Source: Octopus vulgaris
Lineage: Eukaryota
Direction of reading: 5' to 3'
Assembly: GCA_951406725.2 (NCBI GenBank)
Contig: OX597829.1
Span: forward strand, 35,402,001-35,466,000
Length of the DNA: 64,000 bases
Below are positions 14,703-28,687 of the stretch, in pieces. The notes under the pieces were generated by a model that was not told the origin of the DNA, did not search any database, and saw only the letters and a program-made list of their open reading frames with translations. A program made the position numbers and the translations under genes. Positions within the stretch are counted from its first letter, which is position 1; every line of letters begins with the position of its first letter.

Positions 14703-15253
14703 TAGGTTTAAGGACTGTACAATGATTAACATAAAGTCACTTCGAAGGGATCCAAAGGCCATAGAAACCTTTGCTTCTGATCGAGCAAAAGTGTGGATTA
14801 GAGTGAAAGCTTTTGAAGAAACCAAGATGACCCATGCGAAAATCATGAAATTTAAAGAAAAATGCTATACTCAACGAGAAAATGAATCTCAACCACCTAT
14901 TTATGTGTATAATTTGTGAAAGAGCGTCTATCTTTTGCTGGGCTCAAATCTCATTTGCAGATGCATGAAAACGAACCTCCACCAACTACTCAGCCTATAT
15001 ATTTCTGCACAGTTTTCAATGCCGTGTATGCCATAAAGTCTGTAAATCCAAAGGAGGTTTCAAAAGACATTTTAAGATACACAAAGATCAAAACTTAAGT
15101 GCTGCTCTTGATGGTTCAAAACAGATAGGCAATTTATGTGGGTGTCTTTTCAAAACATTGTCTGGTTTAAAAACCCACATCAGATAGCATGATAGATCTA
15201 AGGTGTACGTACGAGAAGTGGTCAGACTGTGCATAAGGAGGAGACAACCACCA
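14703..15253 (+). mobile_element. RTE-like LINE 3' end with three C2H2-type zinc fingers, decayed, ending in (TA)n
   Basis: RTE-like ETFASDRAK..VKAFE followed by CIICERA/LSFAGLKSHLQMH, FQCRVCHKVCKSKGGFKRHFKIH (15014-15082) and xNLCGCLFKTLSGLKTHIR*H. Confidence 0.7.
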
Positions 15254-15398
15254 TATATATATATATAAAGAGATGGGAATCACACCACTGCTATTTAGCC
15301 CTAAGAAACAGCAACGCTTCCTGTCGGCGTTGACACATTTCCTGTGTCCTTACGTTTACAAGGGGGAGATAAGCACCTCCACCCAGCTAAGTCTGCAA

Positions 15399-15439
15399 CC
15401 AGAAACTAGTTTCTGAGTCTTTGCTCGTCATCAGTCTGG
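15399..15439 (-). ncRNA. Minimal type I hammerhead ribozyme motif inside a ~225 bp cassette (15269-15491) flanked by TA runs
   Basis: Minus strand: ccaga-CTGATGA-c gag caaaga ctc a-GAAAC-ta-GTT-tctgg. Perfect 5 bp stem I; palindromic stem III AACTAGTT. Confidence 0.85.
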
Positions 15440-15589
15440 AGTAGCATGGCCTGCTAGTTGGATATGCTCATGTAAGTATAGCCCTTGTAGATATATAAGA
15501 ATTCTAGTGAAATAAATTCACTAATTACAAAAATAGAAATATTACATTTCTAAATATCTCAGAGAGATATAAGTACTTTGATAAAAGAA

Positions 15590-16235
15590 CTAACTCGCCA
15601 CAGTTTAGGATGTGCTCTGAGAAGGGAGAAAGTATAAGCCACATTGTTTCTGAGTGCACAACGCGAATACAAAAGGAGAAACAACAATGTGACCAGATAT
15701 GTCCACTGGTTGTTGTGCGGTAAAGTAAAGCCCAAGAGAGCCGAACAATGGTATGAACAGAAGGCAGGAGTAATGGGAAACGAACATTACAAAATACTCT
15801 GGGATTTTAACATACAGTGCGACCAAGTCATAGAAGAAAGACGACCAGGTATCGTGCTCATCCATAACGATGAAAAAGAAGCAAAGATAATAGATGCTGC
15901 AGTATCAGGTGATTCAAGGGTGAAATGTAAGGAAACAGAAAAGTGTGAGAAATACCAGCCACAGCGGGACGAGATAGATAAGTTATGGAGCATGAGAAAA
16001 GTAATGGTGATACCAGTGGTAATTGAAGCATTAGGAGCAGTTTCCAAGAGCTTTGAAAAACATATTAAGAATACTGGAGCTGCTGTCATGCTCAAAGTGA
16101 TGCAGAAGACAGCATTGTTGGGTACAGCTCGCATTCTAAGAAGAGTATTATCTCTTTGAGTCACAGGAGAAAGCACTACTTGAAACTGTTGGTGATTTCT
16201 CATTGCTTGCTTTCAAGTAAAGAGTAACCGGTAAT
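15590..16235 (+). mobile_element. R4/Dong-clade LINE 3' fragment ending just before (TAA)n
   Basis: ORF 15644-16159 contains KILWDFNIQCD, RRPGIVL, KIIDAAVSGD, VIPVVIEALG and TALLGTARILRRVL. Confidence 0.92.
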
Positions 16236-16256
16236 TAAGGACAATCCGAAAGTCTT

Positions 16257-16299
16257 TCATAATAATGATAATAATAATAATGATGATAATAATAATAAC

Positions 16300-16385
<86 letters not shown>

Positions 16386-16608
16386 TAATAATGATAATAA
16401 CAATAGTTGTTGTCTTGATATAGTAATCGCCGAAAAAAGATATCTTTTAAGTAGATGTGTGTAAAACTGTGTGCGTCACCGGCAAACAATAAAAACAATA
16501 AAATCCCCACCACTACCACCTTCATCAACAACTTCGATGACAACAACAACAACAACAACAAGAGTAGTTGTAACAGTAGCAGCAGCAGTTGTAGTAGTAG
16601 TAGTAGTT

Positions 16609-16647
<39 letters not shown>

Positions 16648-16653
16648 ACAATG

Positions 16654-16731
<78 letters not shown>

Positions 16732-16732
16732 T
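16257..16732. repeat. (TAA)/(CAA)/(TAG)n trinucleotide microsatellite cluster
   Basis: Direct reading. Confidence 0.95.
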
Positions 16733-17454
16733 TCAATTTATAAAAATTATTTCTTCCAGCGACCATATTCTATTAACTTGTTATGCAGTTGTATTAGTTT
16801 GATGAGATTATCAAATTTCCATTGGTATTCTACAGCGTTCTCTTGTAGTTTAGGCGATAATCAAGAACAATTAGTCAAATCAGTGCTTTTGGAAACGCTG
16901 ACTCTGTATATGACTATTTATTTTACATTAACGTTTTTTTCAACATATTTTTGCTTAATATTTTATTTTATTTTATCATTTCATATTTTATCATATTTTA
17001 AAGTATTATTATGTTTCGTAGTTATACAGTGTATAATTTTATAGTTTTGACATTCATATTCCTTTTTTTTTATTGTAGTTTTTCCTTGTTCTTGTTCATT
17101 CCTTATATCATCCTCTAAGCTATTTTCATGAAGACGATAATTATGGAGATGGTAATGTTGGCCTCTGCTGCTGCTGCTACTGCTGCTGCTACTGGTTGGT
17201 GCCTATGAAGATGAAGCTAATGATGACGAATCTGATGAGGATGATGATGATGATGATGATGATGGTGATAGTGATGATGGTGGTGGTAGTGGTAATGATG
17301 ATCATAATCATCATCATCATAGTGATGATGCTGTTGACAATGATAATCAGAATAGGAATTTGATGGTGGTGGAGCTGTTGTTGTTGCTGTTACTGGCGAT
17401 GCTGCTGCTGCTGCTGATCATGTTGTTACTGACGATATATTGATTATAATTTGC

Positions 17455-18026
<572 letters not shown>

Positions 18027-18656
18027 TTTCAAATTATGGCACAAGGGCAACAATTTTAGGGAGGTGTGGAAGTCGATTAATTCGACCCTAGGGCTCAACT
18101 AATACTCATGGAAAACATCGCCCTCAGTTCATCTGGTGCTTTCTTTGTCGGATCTGGAAAAATGAAGGGTTGCTGTTCACCGCAGCAGGATTTGAACTCA
18201 GAATGCTGATTAAGTAAATATTATTAAGACCCTGCATTTATTTCACAAAATGTATTTGAAATTTCAGCCATCATCTTCTATGTTGGAATAACGAATATAG
18301 CAGTACAAATAGAGTGCTGGTGCTGCTGATGACGATGCTGATGATGGTGATCATTATTATTGATGTGACTATTGTTATTACTATTATCAATAAAGAAAAC
18401 ATTCATATTTAGGCAAGAAAACGTCATTAATAATATTGCTATTACGATTTAGCATTGGTGGCGGGTTTTTTTTTCCACAGAAAGACATACACGCGCAGGC
18501 ACAAGCGGGTAAATCTATGTGTTTATAACGCAAGAATGCATTATATTCCATTATAAATTGCATTATGTTTTGTTATAATAATTGTATAATTTATGTTCTG
18601 TAACATATGTAGTAATGGTATGCGTTACAATATTTAAAACAATATTTAAAACAATT

Positions 18657-18718
<62 letters not shown>

Positions 18719-18732
18719 TATCATCATCATCA

Positions 18733-18764
<32 letters not shown>

Positions 18765-18928
18765 GAGTGAGAGAGCAGTTCATGTCATCAAAGTGACACT
18801 GGGGTAAAATATACGAAGCCCAATATACCCATCATGACTACCCGTCTGATAAAGGTACACCAGGCACATGCATCAGAACCATATGTGCGCGACATGGTGA
18901 TCTCATATCAAGATAAACAGCACATGAC

Positions 18929-18929
<1 letters not shown>
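18765..18929 (-). mobile_element. Family T element, 3' fragment embedded in (ATT)n
   Basis: Matches 33246-33410; both ends abut (ATT)n. Confidence 0.88.
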
Positions 18930-18985
<56 letters not shown>

Positions 18986-19059
18986 CATTATTATTATTAT
19001 TATTATTATCATCATCATCATCATCATCATCATTATTATTAATATTATTATTATTATTA

Positions 19060-19371
19060 AGTGTGAGAGCAAATAGGGGTACAATTATACGAAGCCCAAT
19101 ATACCCATCTTGACTACCCGTAAGGATAGATCAGGCACATGTATCACAACCATATGTATGCGACATTGTGATCTCATATCAAGATTAACAGCACATCACC
19201 TTGCAGGGATGGGGCAGTTAGAATTTTCTTTAGGCCGAGTAGCCCATCCTGCTCAAAAGGTCTGTGAATAAGGGTTGTTTAAGGACGTTGAACGAAACAC
19301 CCATGTTTCCAGAGGTGAATTATCCAAACCCCAAAGAAATCCTCTGAACACATGGCTATGATGCTCCCCCA
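19060..19371 (-). mobile_element. Family T element, 5'-truncated
   Basis: Matches 33246-33581. Confidence 0.85.
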
Positions 19372-19384
19372 TTATCAGTATTAT

Positions 19385-19778
<394 letters not shown>

Positions 19779-19855
19779 TATCATCATTATTATTATCATT
19801 ATTATTATCATTATTATTATCATTATTATTATCATTATTATTATCATTATTATTA

Positions 19856-19947
<92 letters not shown>

Positions 19948-20049
19948 TTCATTAGCATCTTCTTTCAATTCTGTTTCCATTTCTTGCCGAGTGTCTTCCT
20001 GACACCTAAGGCAGAGAAACGTACTGTATACATTTGTAGGCCATTAAAA

Positions 20050-21202
20050 ACGAGCACATCAGTTTGTTCATTTACAAATTCACGTGACAGAGAAAAGGGG
20101 TAAGACAGAGGGAAAAAGGAACAATAAAAAATAGAAGAGTAAACGAATAAAGTAAAAGAGGGAAAAAGGAAAGAAAATTTTCAACGACAATGTGTGTGAC
20201 GTACCAGTTGAGGCAATCTTTTGTACATCCTGCATGGATGGTAAGACAGGAATCATTCTTAAATAATTCTCAGTTCCTTTTCTGATCACTCCAAGTCCTC
20301 CTACAATCATGGTATTGTAAAAGGCGGCGAGCTGGCAGAAACGTTAGCACGCCGGGCGAAATGCTTAGCGGTATTTCGTCTGCGTTACGTTGTAAGTTCA
20401 AATTCCGCCGAGGTCAACTTTGCCTTTCATCCTTTCGGGGTCGATAAATTAAGTACCAGTTACGCACTGGGGTCGATGTATTCGACTTAATACCTATGTC
20501 TGTCCTTGTTTGTCCCCTCTGTGTTTAGCCCCTTGTGGGTAATAAAGAAATAGGTATTGTAACCGTTTTCAGATGCCACATCTTTTCGATTTCGATTAGC
20601 ACCTATCAGCCAGTTGTTGAAACGCATTTTGCTTTGCCATTGGTTTCACCTTCCTTGCAACTACAGTTGCAACACTACCCTCATGCTGTTCAGCCTGAAT
20701 ATTATGCATAAATGCACTTGAAAAGTTTTTGCTTTCCTTCATAACAGAATGAAGTTTCTTACGTGTTTCATGGTTTTCAACGAGCTTTAGCATCCAAGAT
20801 ATTTCACCAGTCCAATAGTGGTGGTTTTGTAGGAGATTTCAAATTGGATCAAAACCTCAACCTCCTTGAGCTCTGGGTAGGTAAAGACGATCTGCATCTG
20901 CCTTTGGGCAGTGCATATTATTGCAAGTCAGCAGCTTACACATTTTCCTGTCAGTCTCCCTTATTTCGCTTATATTTGAGTCCAAACACATTGGAACTGA
21001 AATAACAATAGGAACTGCTAAGGAATTTATAGCTAACACCTTGTTACGTGCATTTAGCTCGGATTTTAGGACTGCTTGAACTCTCCTGTAAAGCTCCTTC
21101 CTGATCTTCTTTTTCATACTTGCATGCTGAATGCCAGAGCCCTCGGTTATTCAGAGGTATTTGTAAGTTTCTCGAGATCTTTTATGACTATGTCAATATC
21201 CA
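20050..21202 (-). mobile_element. R4/Dong-clade LINE fragment (late RT to 3' end, internally deleted), interrupted by a SINE
   Basis: KELYRRVQAVLKSELNARNKVLAINSLAVP, RLYLPRAQGG, IVGGLGVI, VQKIASTGTSH. Confidence 0.88.
20321..20552 (+). mobile_element. SINE family B, full length, with 10 bp target-site duplication GGTATTGTAA
   Basis: TSD at 20311-20320 and 20553-20562. Inserted into LINE coding sequence. Confidence 0.93.
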
Positions 21203-21213
21203 ACACGCGCACG

Positions 21214-21284
<71 letters not shown>

Positions 21285-21679
21285 ACACATGCACGCGCGC
21301 ACACACATACACACAAATGTTTTATTTTTATGGCTCCGGAGAAAAAGAACTGCAGAACTTTGCATTTTCTATGAACATTTCATTGTTGCCTTGTTTTCAA
21401 CAATTTTTCAGATAGATGGGTAAATGCATGGATAGACAGATAGATAAATAGATAGGCAAGTACGCAGAGAGATAGTTCGATAGGTCGATCGATAGATAGA
21501 TGCTTACCTACCTAGGTAAGTTGGTAGGTAGGTGGATAAATAGTTAGTTAGTTACTTAGGTAGGGAGATAGACATATAGAGAGAGATTGATTGATCGATT
21601 ATCCCTTCAATACTGCTTATCCGTATTTTCACATCTTATTCTTAGTTTTGATCTTTTTCCTTGTGGAATTTATGCAGGT

Positions 21680-24252
21680 AACTGGTTACTTATGTAGGTA
21701 AGGGGTAATCTTAGATATCCACATAGTTTTAATAAACCATCAAGTGCTCAAAACCCTTCTGATAATCTTTCCTGTTCATAAGAGGCGACCTTTCTGTAGA
21801 ATCGGTACAGTCCATTGTAGCCCATTTTCATTTATTTATTTTTCTAAGACTCATTTATAGTTCCCAATATACCAATTATCACAGGCCCAACCTTTACAGA
21901 TTTCATGTTCCAAATCCATGCAATCACAAATTTTAAGGATTCGTTATTTTTAAACTTTTCATCTGCTTTCTTCATGATCCTGGAATCAAAGGACATGATG
22001 GATCAATCAATAAGCAAATTCGCTTTTCTTTGTCTATTATCGTAATATCTGGCGTGTTATGCTCTATCTTCAGATCCATTTGAATTGGAAACTCCCACAA
22101 AATTTTGCATGTTTCCGATTCAAGTACTCTTTTTATCTGATGATTTTGCCACGTACCCTGCTTCAAACCTGCACTTTAGACATTCGGTAGCAGTGTGTAC
22201 CACTGTTTCATCCAAACTTCCACATAATCTAGATTTTTTTCCGACAAATTCTCCTCTTTCACATATTCTTTCAAGTTGTTTGTTCGATCTTGAGCTGTTA
22301 AAACAAGGCTCTCCGATTCTTTTTTCAATTTTCCCCTTTTTCAACCAAGTCCATGATTTTATTCCATAAATATCCTCAGTGGTTTTTCAGAACTGGCCAT
22401 ATATATGGAACTCTTCAGAACTGACCATATATATGGAGCTCATTTTGGAATCTGTCAAGTACAACCAGTACCAGTGGAGTCTCTACCACCTCTAACTTAT
22501 TTTGACCTGATGTTAGCTCAGCTTTCCATTTCACATACTGTTGTTTAAGAGCCGAACAACATTCTCTACTATACCAAATATATACTGAGGCATCCTTGGA
22601 TCTATGAGTGTGGCACGTTATGCCTTTTGGCAATCAAACCATGCAGTTAAGTTTTTCTTCTCACATTTGACCTCTCGGAAGACTTGTTCATCAATATACA
22701 ATGGGTTGTTTGAGCCCTTAGAGCCTTTTCTAAAACCTTTCAAGTTTTTTTGGCAGTAGATTTCCCTTCTCAAGATATTTATAGGTATCGTTTGCAATAA
22801 CACCTGTCAACAGGTATCAGTAGTTACTTGCTATATTTCCTTTCTTTTGACCTTCCTCCATCAACACCTTCCTGCCTTGCGTTATCTATTCGGGGACATC
22901 ACCTGTCTCAATGTTTAGTTGTGTGCTTATTTTATCATAAAGAGCAGAGAAGCTTTTTAGTCGAATTCCTTGGACTAATATAGTCGTCCAAGAGATTTCC
23001 AGTTTGACATCCCTTTCAAGATAAATTTCAGCTTTCCTCCACTGATCTCTGTGTTTTGGCCAATCTTGCGTTATTTGTCTTTATATTTTTAACCATTCTG
23101 CATCACCATTGTGCTTCACTTCTTGGGTCCAAATGTCTCTCCAGAATTGCTTTGTGTCTATCTTGTTAGATGGTCCATTTACCGTAACATCTCCGTTTAG
23201 TTCCTTGCAAAATCTACTTTGATCTGTTTCGAACAATTCATATTGTCTGATGTGTTAAATTCTATCGTCGAATCTCTTGATGTTGGCAGTTTTTGCTTTT
23301 ATCCTTTGTTTTAATTCTTCTATTACTCTCCTATATCCTTTTTTTTTCTGTCAGTACATTCTTTGGATTGCTTCAGCGAATCTAGTTTTTATCTTATTCC
23401 CGTTGCCCAGAATTTCTATTCTGCAAGGGCTTTTCGCAACTGGTCTACCTGTCCCTGCAATCGCCTTTTCTACCAGGGTACTCTTCCTTTCTTTTAAGAT
23501 TATGATATTTTTTCACTCCAAGTCCTCCCGTTACTATTACTGCTACAGTAATAGTTCAAAACCTTGCTAACTATCTGCGCCTTTTTGATTGTTGAGTTTT
23601 CTGTTATATCTTTTATTGATAGTAATCTTTTTCTTTCATCTGACTCAATAATATCATGTAATCTACCAGCAATAAACAACACTTCATCAGAAAAGTTGTT
23701 CTGATTTTCCGTGCATAGTCAGCAGCCTCACGATACTGAACTTCCCTGTCTCTGTTTTCAGAGTCATTGACATCCACTATACATATATCAATCAGCTTTT
23801 CATAATTTTTGGTCTCACTTGGTCACTCCATCTCTGTCAGGTTACACCAAACATTCTTTTTCGAATCATATCTCTCTTATTCTGTCCATGTAGTCAAATC
23901 TACAAGGTTCACTCCGGATGTAACATTCCCGCACAGTTGCATTCAGTCTGCTCTAGTCGATCGTTCCTCTTTTATTTTGTCTGCAGTAGCTAGATTGACG
24001 ACCGTGTATTATCTTGCTGTGCAAAAGGATACCTGCTGGGTGAGAGACATTCATAGTTATCAGTTCCAACCTCATTCACGCCGTTGTTTAATACATTTCA
24101 TTTGACATTTTCGCTTATATTGTACGTTGTAGTAATGATATGACATAACCACTGGTGTTTTTGTTGAGGCACCATCTGTGGAGGGGTTGCAAGGAGAAAG
24201 AGGACCCTACCCATTAAAAAGACTCAACATTGCCAGACACCAATCCGGCACT
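21680..24252 (-). mobile_element. R4/Dong-clade LINE retaining 5' and 3' regions, internally deleted; 5' end abuts the (GAA)n tract
   Basis: RT motifs (LTAWFDCQKA, WKAELTSG), RLCGSLDETVVH..ECLK, KILWEFPIQMD..HNTPDITIIDKEKRICLLIDPSCP. Confidence 0.85.
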
Positions 24253-24406
24253 TCATTCTTCTTCTTCTTCTTCTTCTTCTTCTTCTTCTTCTTCTTCTTC
24301 TTCTTCTTCTTCTTCTTCTTCTTCTTCTTCTTCTTCTTCTTCTTCTTCTTCTTCTTCTTCTTCTTCTTCTTCTTCTTCTTCTTCTTCTTCTTCTTCTTCT
24401 TCTTCT
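24253..24406. repeat. (TTC)n microsatellite
   Basis: Direct reading. Confidence 0.97.
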
Positions 24407-24414
24407 AATTCTTA

Positions 24415-24668
24415 AGTGAGATAGCAGTGTATCAATGTGACACTGGGCTAAAATATACGAAGTCCAGTATACCCATCATGACCACCCGTTTGATAAGGGT
24501 ACACCAGGCACATGCATCACAACCATGTGTGCTAGACATGGTGATCTAATATTAAGATTAATGACGCATGACCTTGCAAGCGGGGCCCAGTTAGAATACT
24601 CTTCAGGTCGAGTAGCTCGTCCCGCTCAAAAGGTCCTTGAATAACGATTGTTTGAGGATGTTGAACCA
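24415..24668 (-). mobile_element. Family T element, diverged 3' fragment
   Basis: Similar to 33246-33505. Confidence 0.8.
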
Positions 24669-24669
24669 C

Positions 24670-25025
24670 GCTCTTCGTATTTATACAATCTCTGGAGATC
24701 TTTTTTTTAAGATTCAGTTTTTCGAACGAGCGTACGTGACATCTTTTCCAATGTTAATATAAGGTTTGATTATAGAAAGGCTCTTCAATCTGATGTTATT
24801 GTCCTTAATCTTTAGATTAATGGTTGTTGCATGTCTCATTTCACATCGTTTTAAATTAGGTAGCCGGTATGTGTACCTAAATTTTAATTTTCTTTTCAGA
24901 GACCCCATATAACGTTTGGTCTCTGCATGTCCTTGTTATAATTTTCGGTACTGGTGCTTCATAAACAATACAGGACGTTTAGAATTATCTTTGTATGTGC
25001 ACGGGCATCGGTTCCTTACCGTTAT
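24670..25025 (-). pseudogene. Penelope-like element GIY-YIG endonuclease fragment
   Basis: Minus-strand frames give RCPCTYKD...SCIVYEAPV...ETKRYMGS..KFRY..ATT..KIKDNNI..KPY..KRCHVRSFEKL. This matches the PLE pattern CxC...IVYxA...YIG...FKxRY...LKDNNI...KPY...CxLCxxEK. Frameshifted. Confidence 0.7.
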
Positions 25026-25090
25026 TGACTTTCGATTGAGTGTGGGTGGGGCACGAATATATAATTTTAATTGCGTGGCTATTAAGTATC

Positions 25091-25141
<51 letters not shown>

Positions 25142-25172
25142 CATATCAATAATAATATGACATCAAAAGAAT

Positions 25173-25244
25173 TAGTCATAATAATTGATGAGATGCCGGA
25201 GGAGATACCCCGGCATCCGAAGCTCTTGAGTTTTATTATGACTA
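25173..25244 (+). ncRNA. Hammerhead-like motif (C3U and A15.1G variant) filling a ~115 bp insert between two (TA)n tracts
   Basis: tagtcataataa-TTGATGA-gatgccgg...ccggcatc c-GAAG ctc tt gag TT-ttattatgacta. 12 bp perfect stem I and 8 bp stem II. Confidence 0.7.
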
Positions 25245-25259
25245 CCAACTAATTGTCAC

Positions 25260-25323
<64 letters not shown>

Positions 25324-25325
<2 letters not shown>

Positions 25326-25478
25326 TGTCTCAGTGGTCTTGTGGGTAAAGACATTGACACATCAACACCTATACCCCTTAGAGAAAGGTTCAATCCTTGT
25401 AAAAACATTTAGTGTTTTTAAATGGCGGTGCCCCAGCATGGCCACAGCTCATGAGCTGAAACTAGAATCAATCAATCA

Positions 25479-25482
<4 letters not shown>
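25324..25482 (+). mobile_element. Short tRNA-derived SINE with a CR1-like tail and (ATCA)n end
   Basis: A-box TGGTCTTGTGG, B-box GGTTCAATCC, tail ggcggtgccccagcatggccacagctcatgagctgaaac. Confidence 0.75.
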
Positions 25483-25530
<48 letters not shown>

Positions 25531-25536
25531 TATGTA

Positions 25537-27011
<1,475 letters not shown>

Positions 27012-28687
27012 CATACATACATACATATATATATATATATATGACATCAGATATTGCTGGATTTTCTCATTTTTTTCAGTTGTTCATAATCTATTTGTAT
27101 TGATTTAATTGTTACTACTTCATTTTCTTTATTTTTTAATTCCTTATATTATTATGCTAGTAAGTGTGTATGAATATTTAAATATCTGAATACACTTACA
27201 CAGATGAACGACGTTGATTTATTAGATTTTCTACCTCTAATACTTTTACGTCATAGCATAAGAGAAATTACTTTAGCTGCCATAAATCAAATTTGTTCCA
27301 GTTATTTGAATCGCAAAGGAATGTTATAACGACGTTTATAGTTTAAAAAACTGTAGTTTCTGAAGAGCTATTCGTATTAATGAAAGCAGAGATTCTTTGG
27401 TAAAACATTAAATCTTTAAGACAAAATGCTATTAAGTCAGCAGTTATATATGTTACACTCTGAATTTTTGGTCTCATGAATTCCGAGTTAAGAGTTTGTT
27501 TGTATATGTATATATATGTATGTGTGTGTGTGTATTTATGTGTGTGTGTGTGTGGGTGTATGTGTGTGTGGGTGTATGTGTGTGTACATATGAGTATTTA
27601 TGTGTGTTTGTGTGTGCATACGCTGTCGCATACGTATTTGTTTATATGCATATGTAGTGTGCTACATGTGTGTATATAGGCTCTTTATGTACTACTTGAG
27701 TGTTCGCGCCTGCTTAAATGTATGTACACAAACGCTTCCCCTTGAAGATTTCAGAAGGCTTTGAATCCCAATCGCGAAATTATCAATTCGCTATCATGAA
27801 TAAGCTACAATTGGACAATACGAGTTTCACGTGAATAACCTATATATTGATCAATCAGCGTGACTGTTCTTGAGATTCGTGCCCTTTCCTTTTGTGAAAA
27901 TATCTAAGCGCTGAGTGTTGAGGGTAGCCGAAGGATTCACATATACCTCCCCTCCTACCAAGCAGAGGCTCAAGACTATCACCTCACCACATACCTAAAC
28001 CAGACCCGGGCAGAACTTTGATAACATTTTGAAACAGGACAAACCTCAGCTCACGCCTAGCAAACCAAGTAAATATAAGTTACGGTGTCTCTCATCTTTC
28101 ATCTAACGGTTGAACAAATGCAATTAAGTTGAATCCTAATTCCTAATCTCGCCACTTAGTGAAGATTTGATAATTTATATCTGTATACATGCTTAAACTT
28201 CCAATAATAAAATCCATTGTTAGATGTTCGCAAGTTAGCTTTGTAATATACGTAGTCAGCCTAATCTCATACCATAACTGATACAACACCTAATATGATA
28301 GAAGCACAATAATACAACTCGCGACAGATGTGTGTGCATTAAGTACGATACACTAAATATGATACTGCTTTTGGTGCACATAAAGAATTTTCATTCAGCC
28401 GCCCACCTAATTGTAACTCGGGTGTTTTCTCAATTATTGTTTTCCTATATGAGTGATGACAGATTTTGTTTTATCATACGGTTGGCAGGATGTATATTCT
28501 ACTGCCACTGCTCAGCAAGGTATAAATGCGCATATAACATTCTCTCCACATTTCGTCTGTTACTGATATATTTGTGTTTCTAAATACAATGTGTTCATAA
28601 GAGATATTATCGCTGAATGAATAGGCTTTTCGTGATGAATTTGTATTAAGTGTGTGTGTGTGTGTGTGTATGCATGTATGTATGTAA

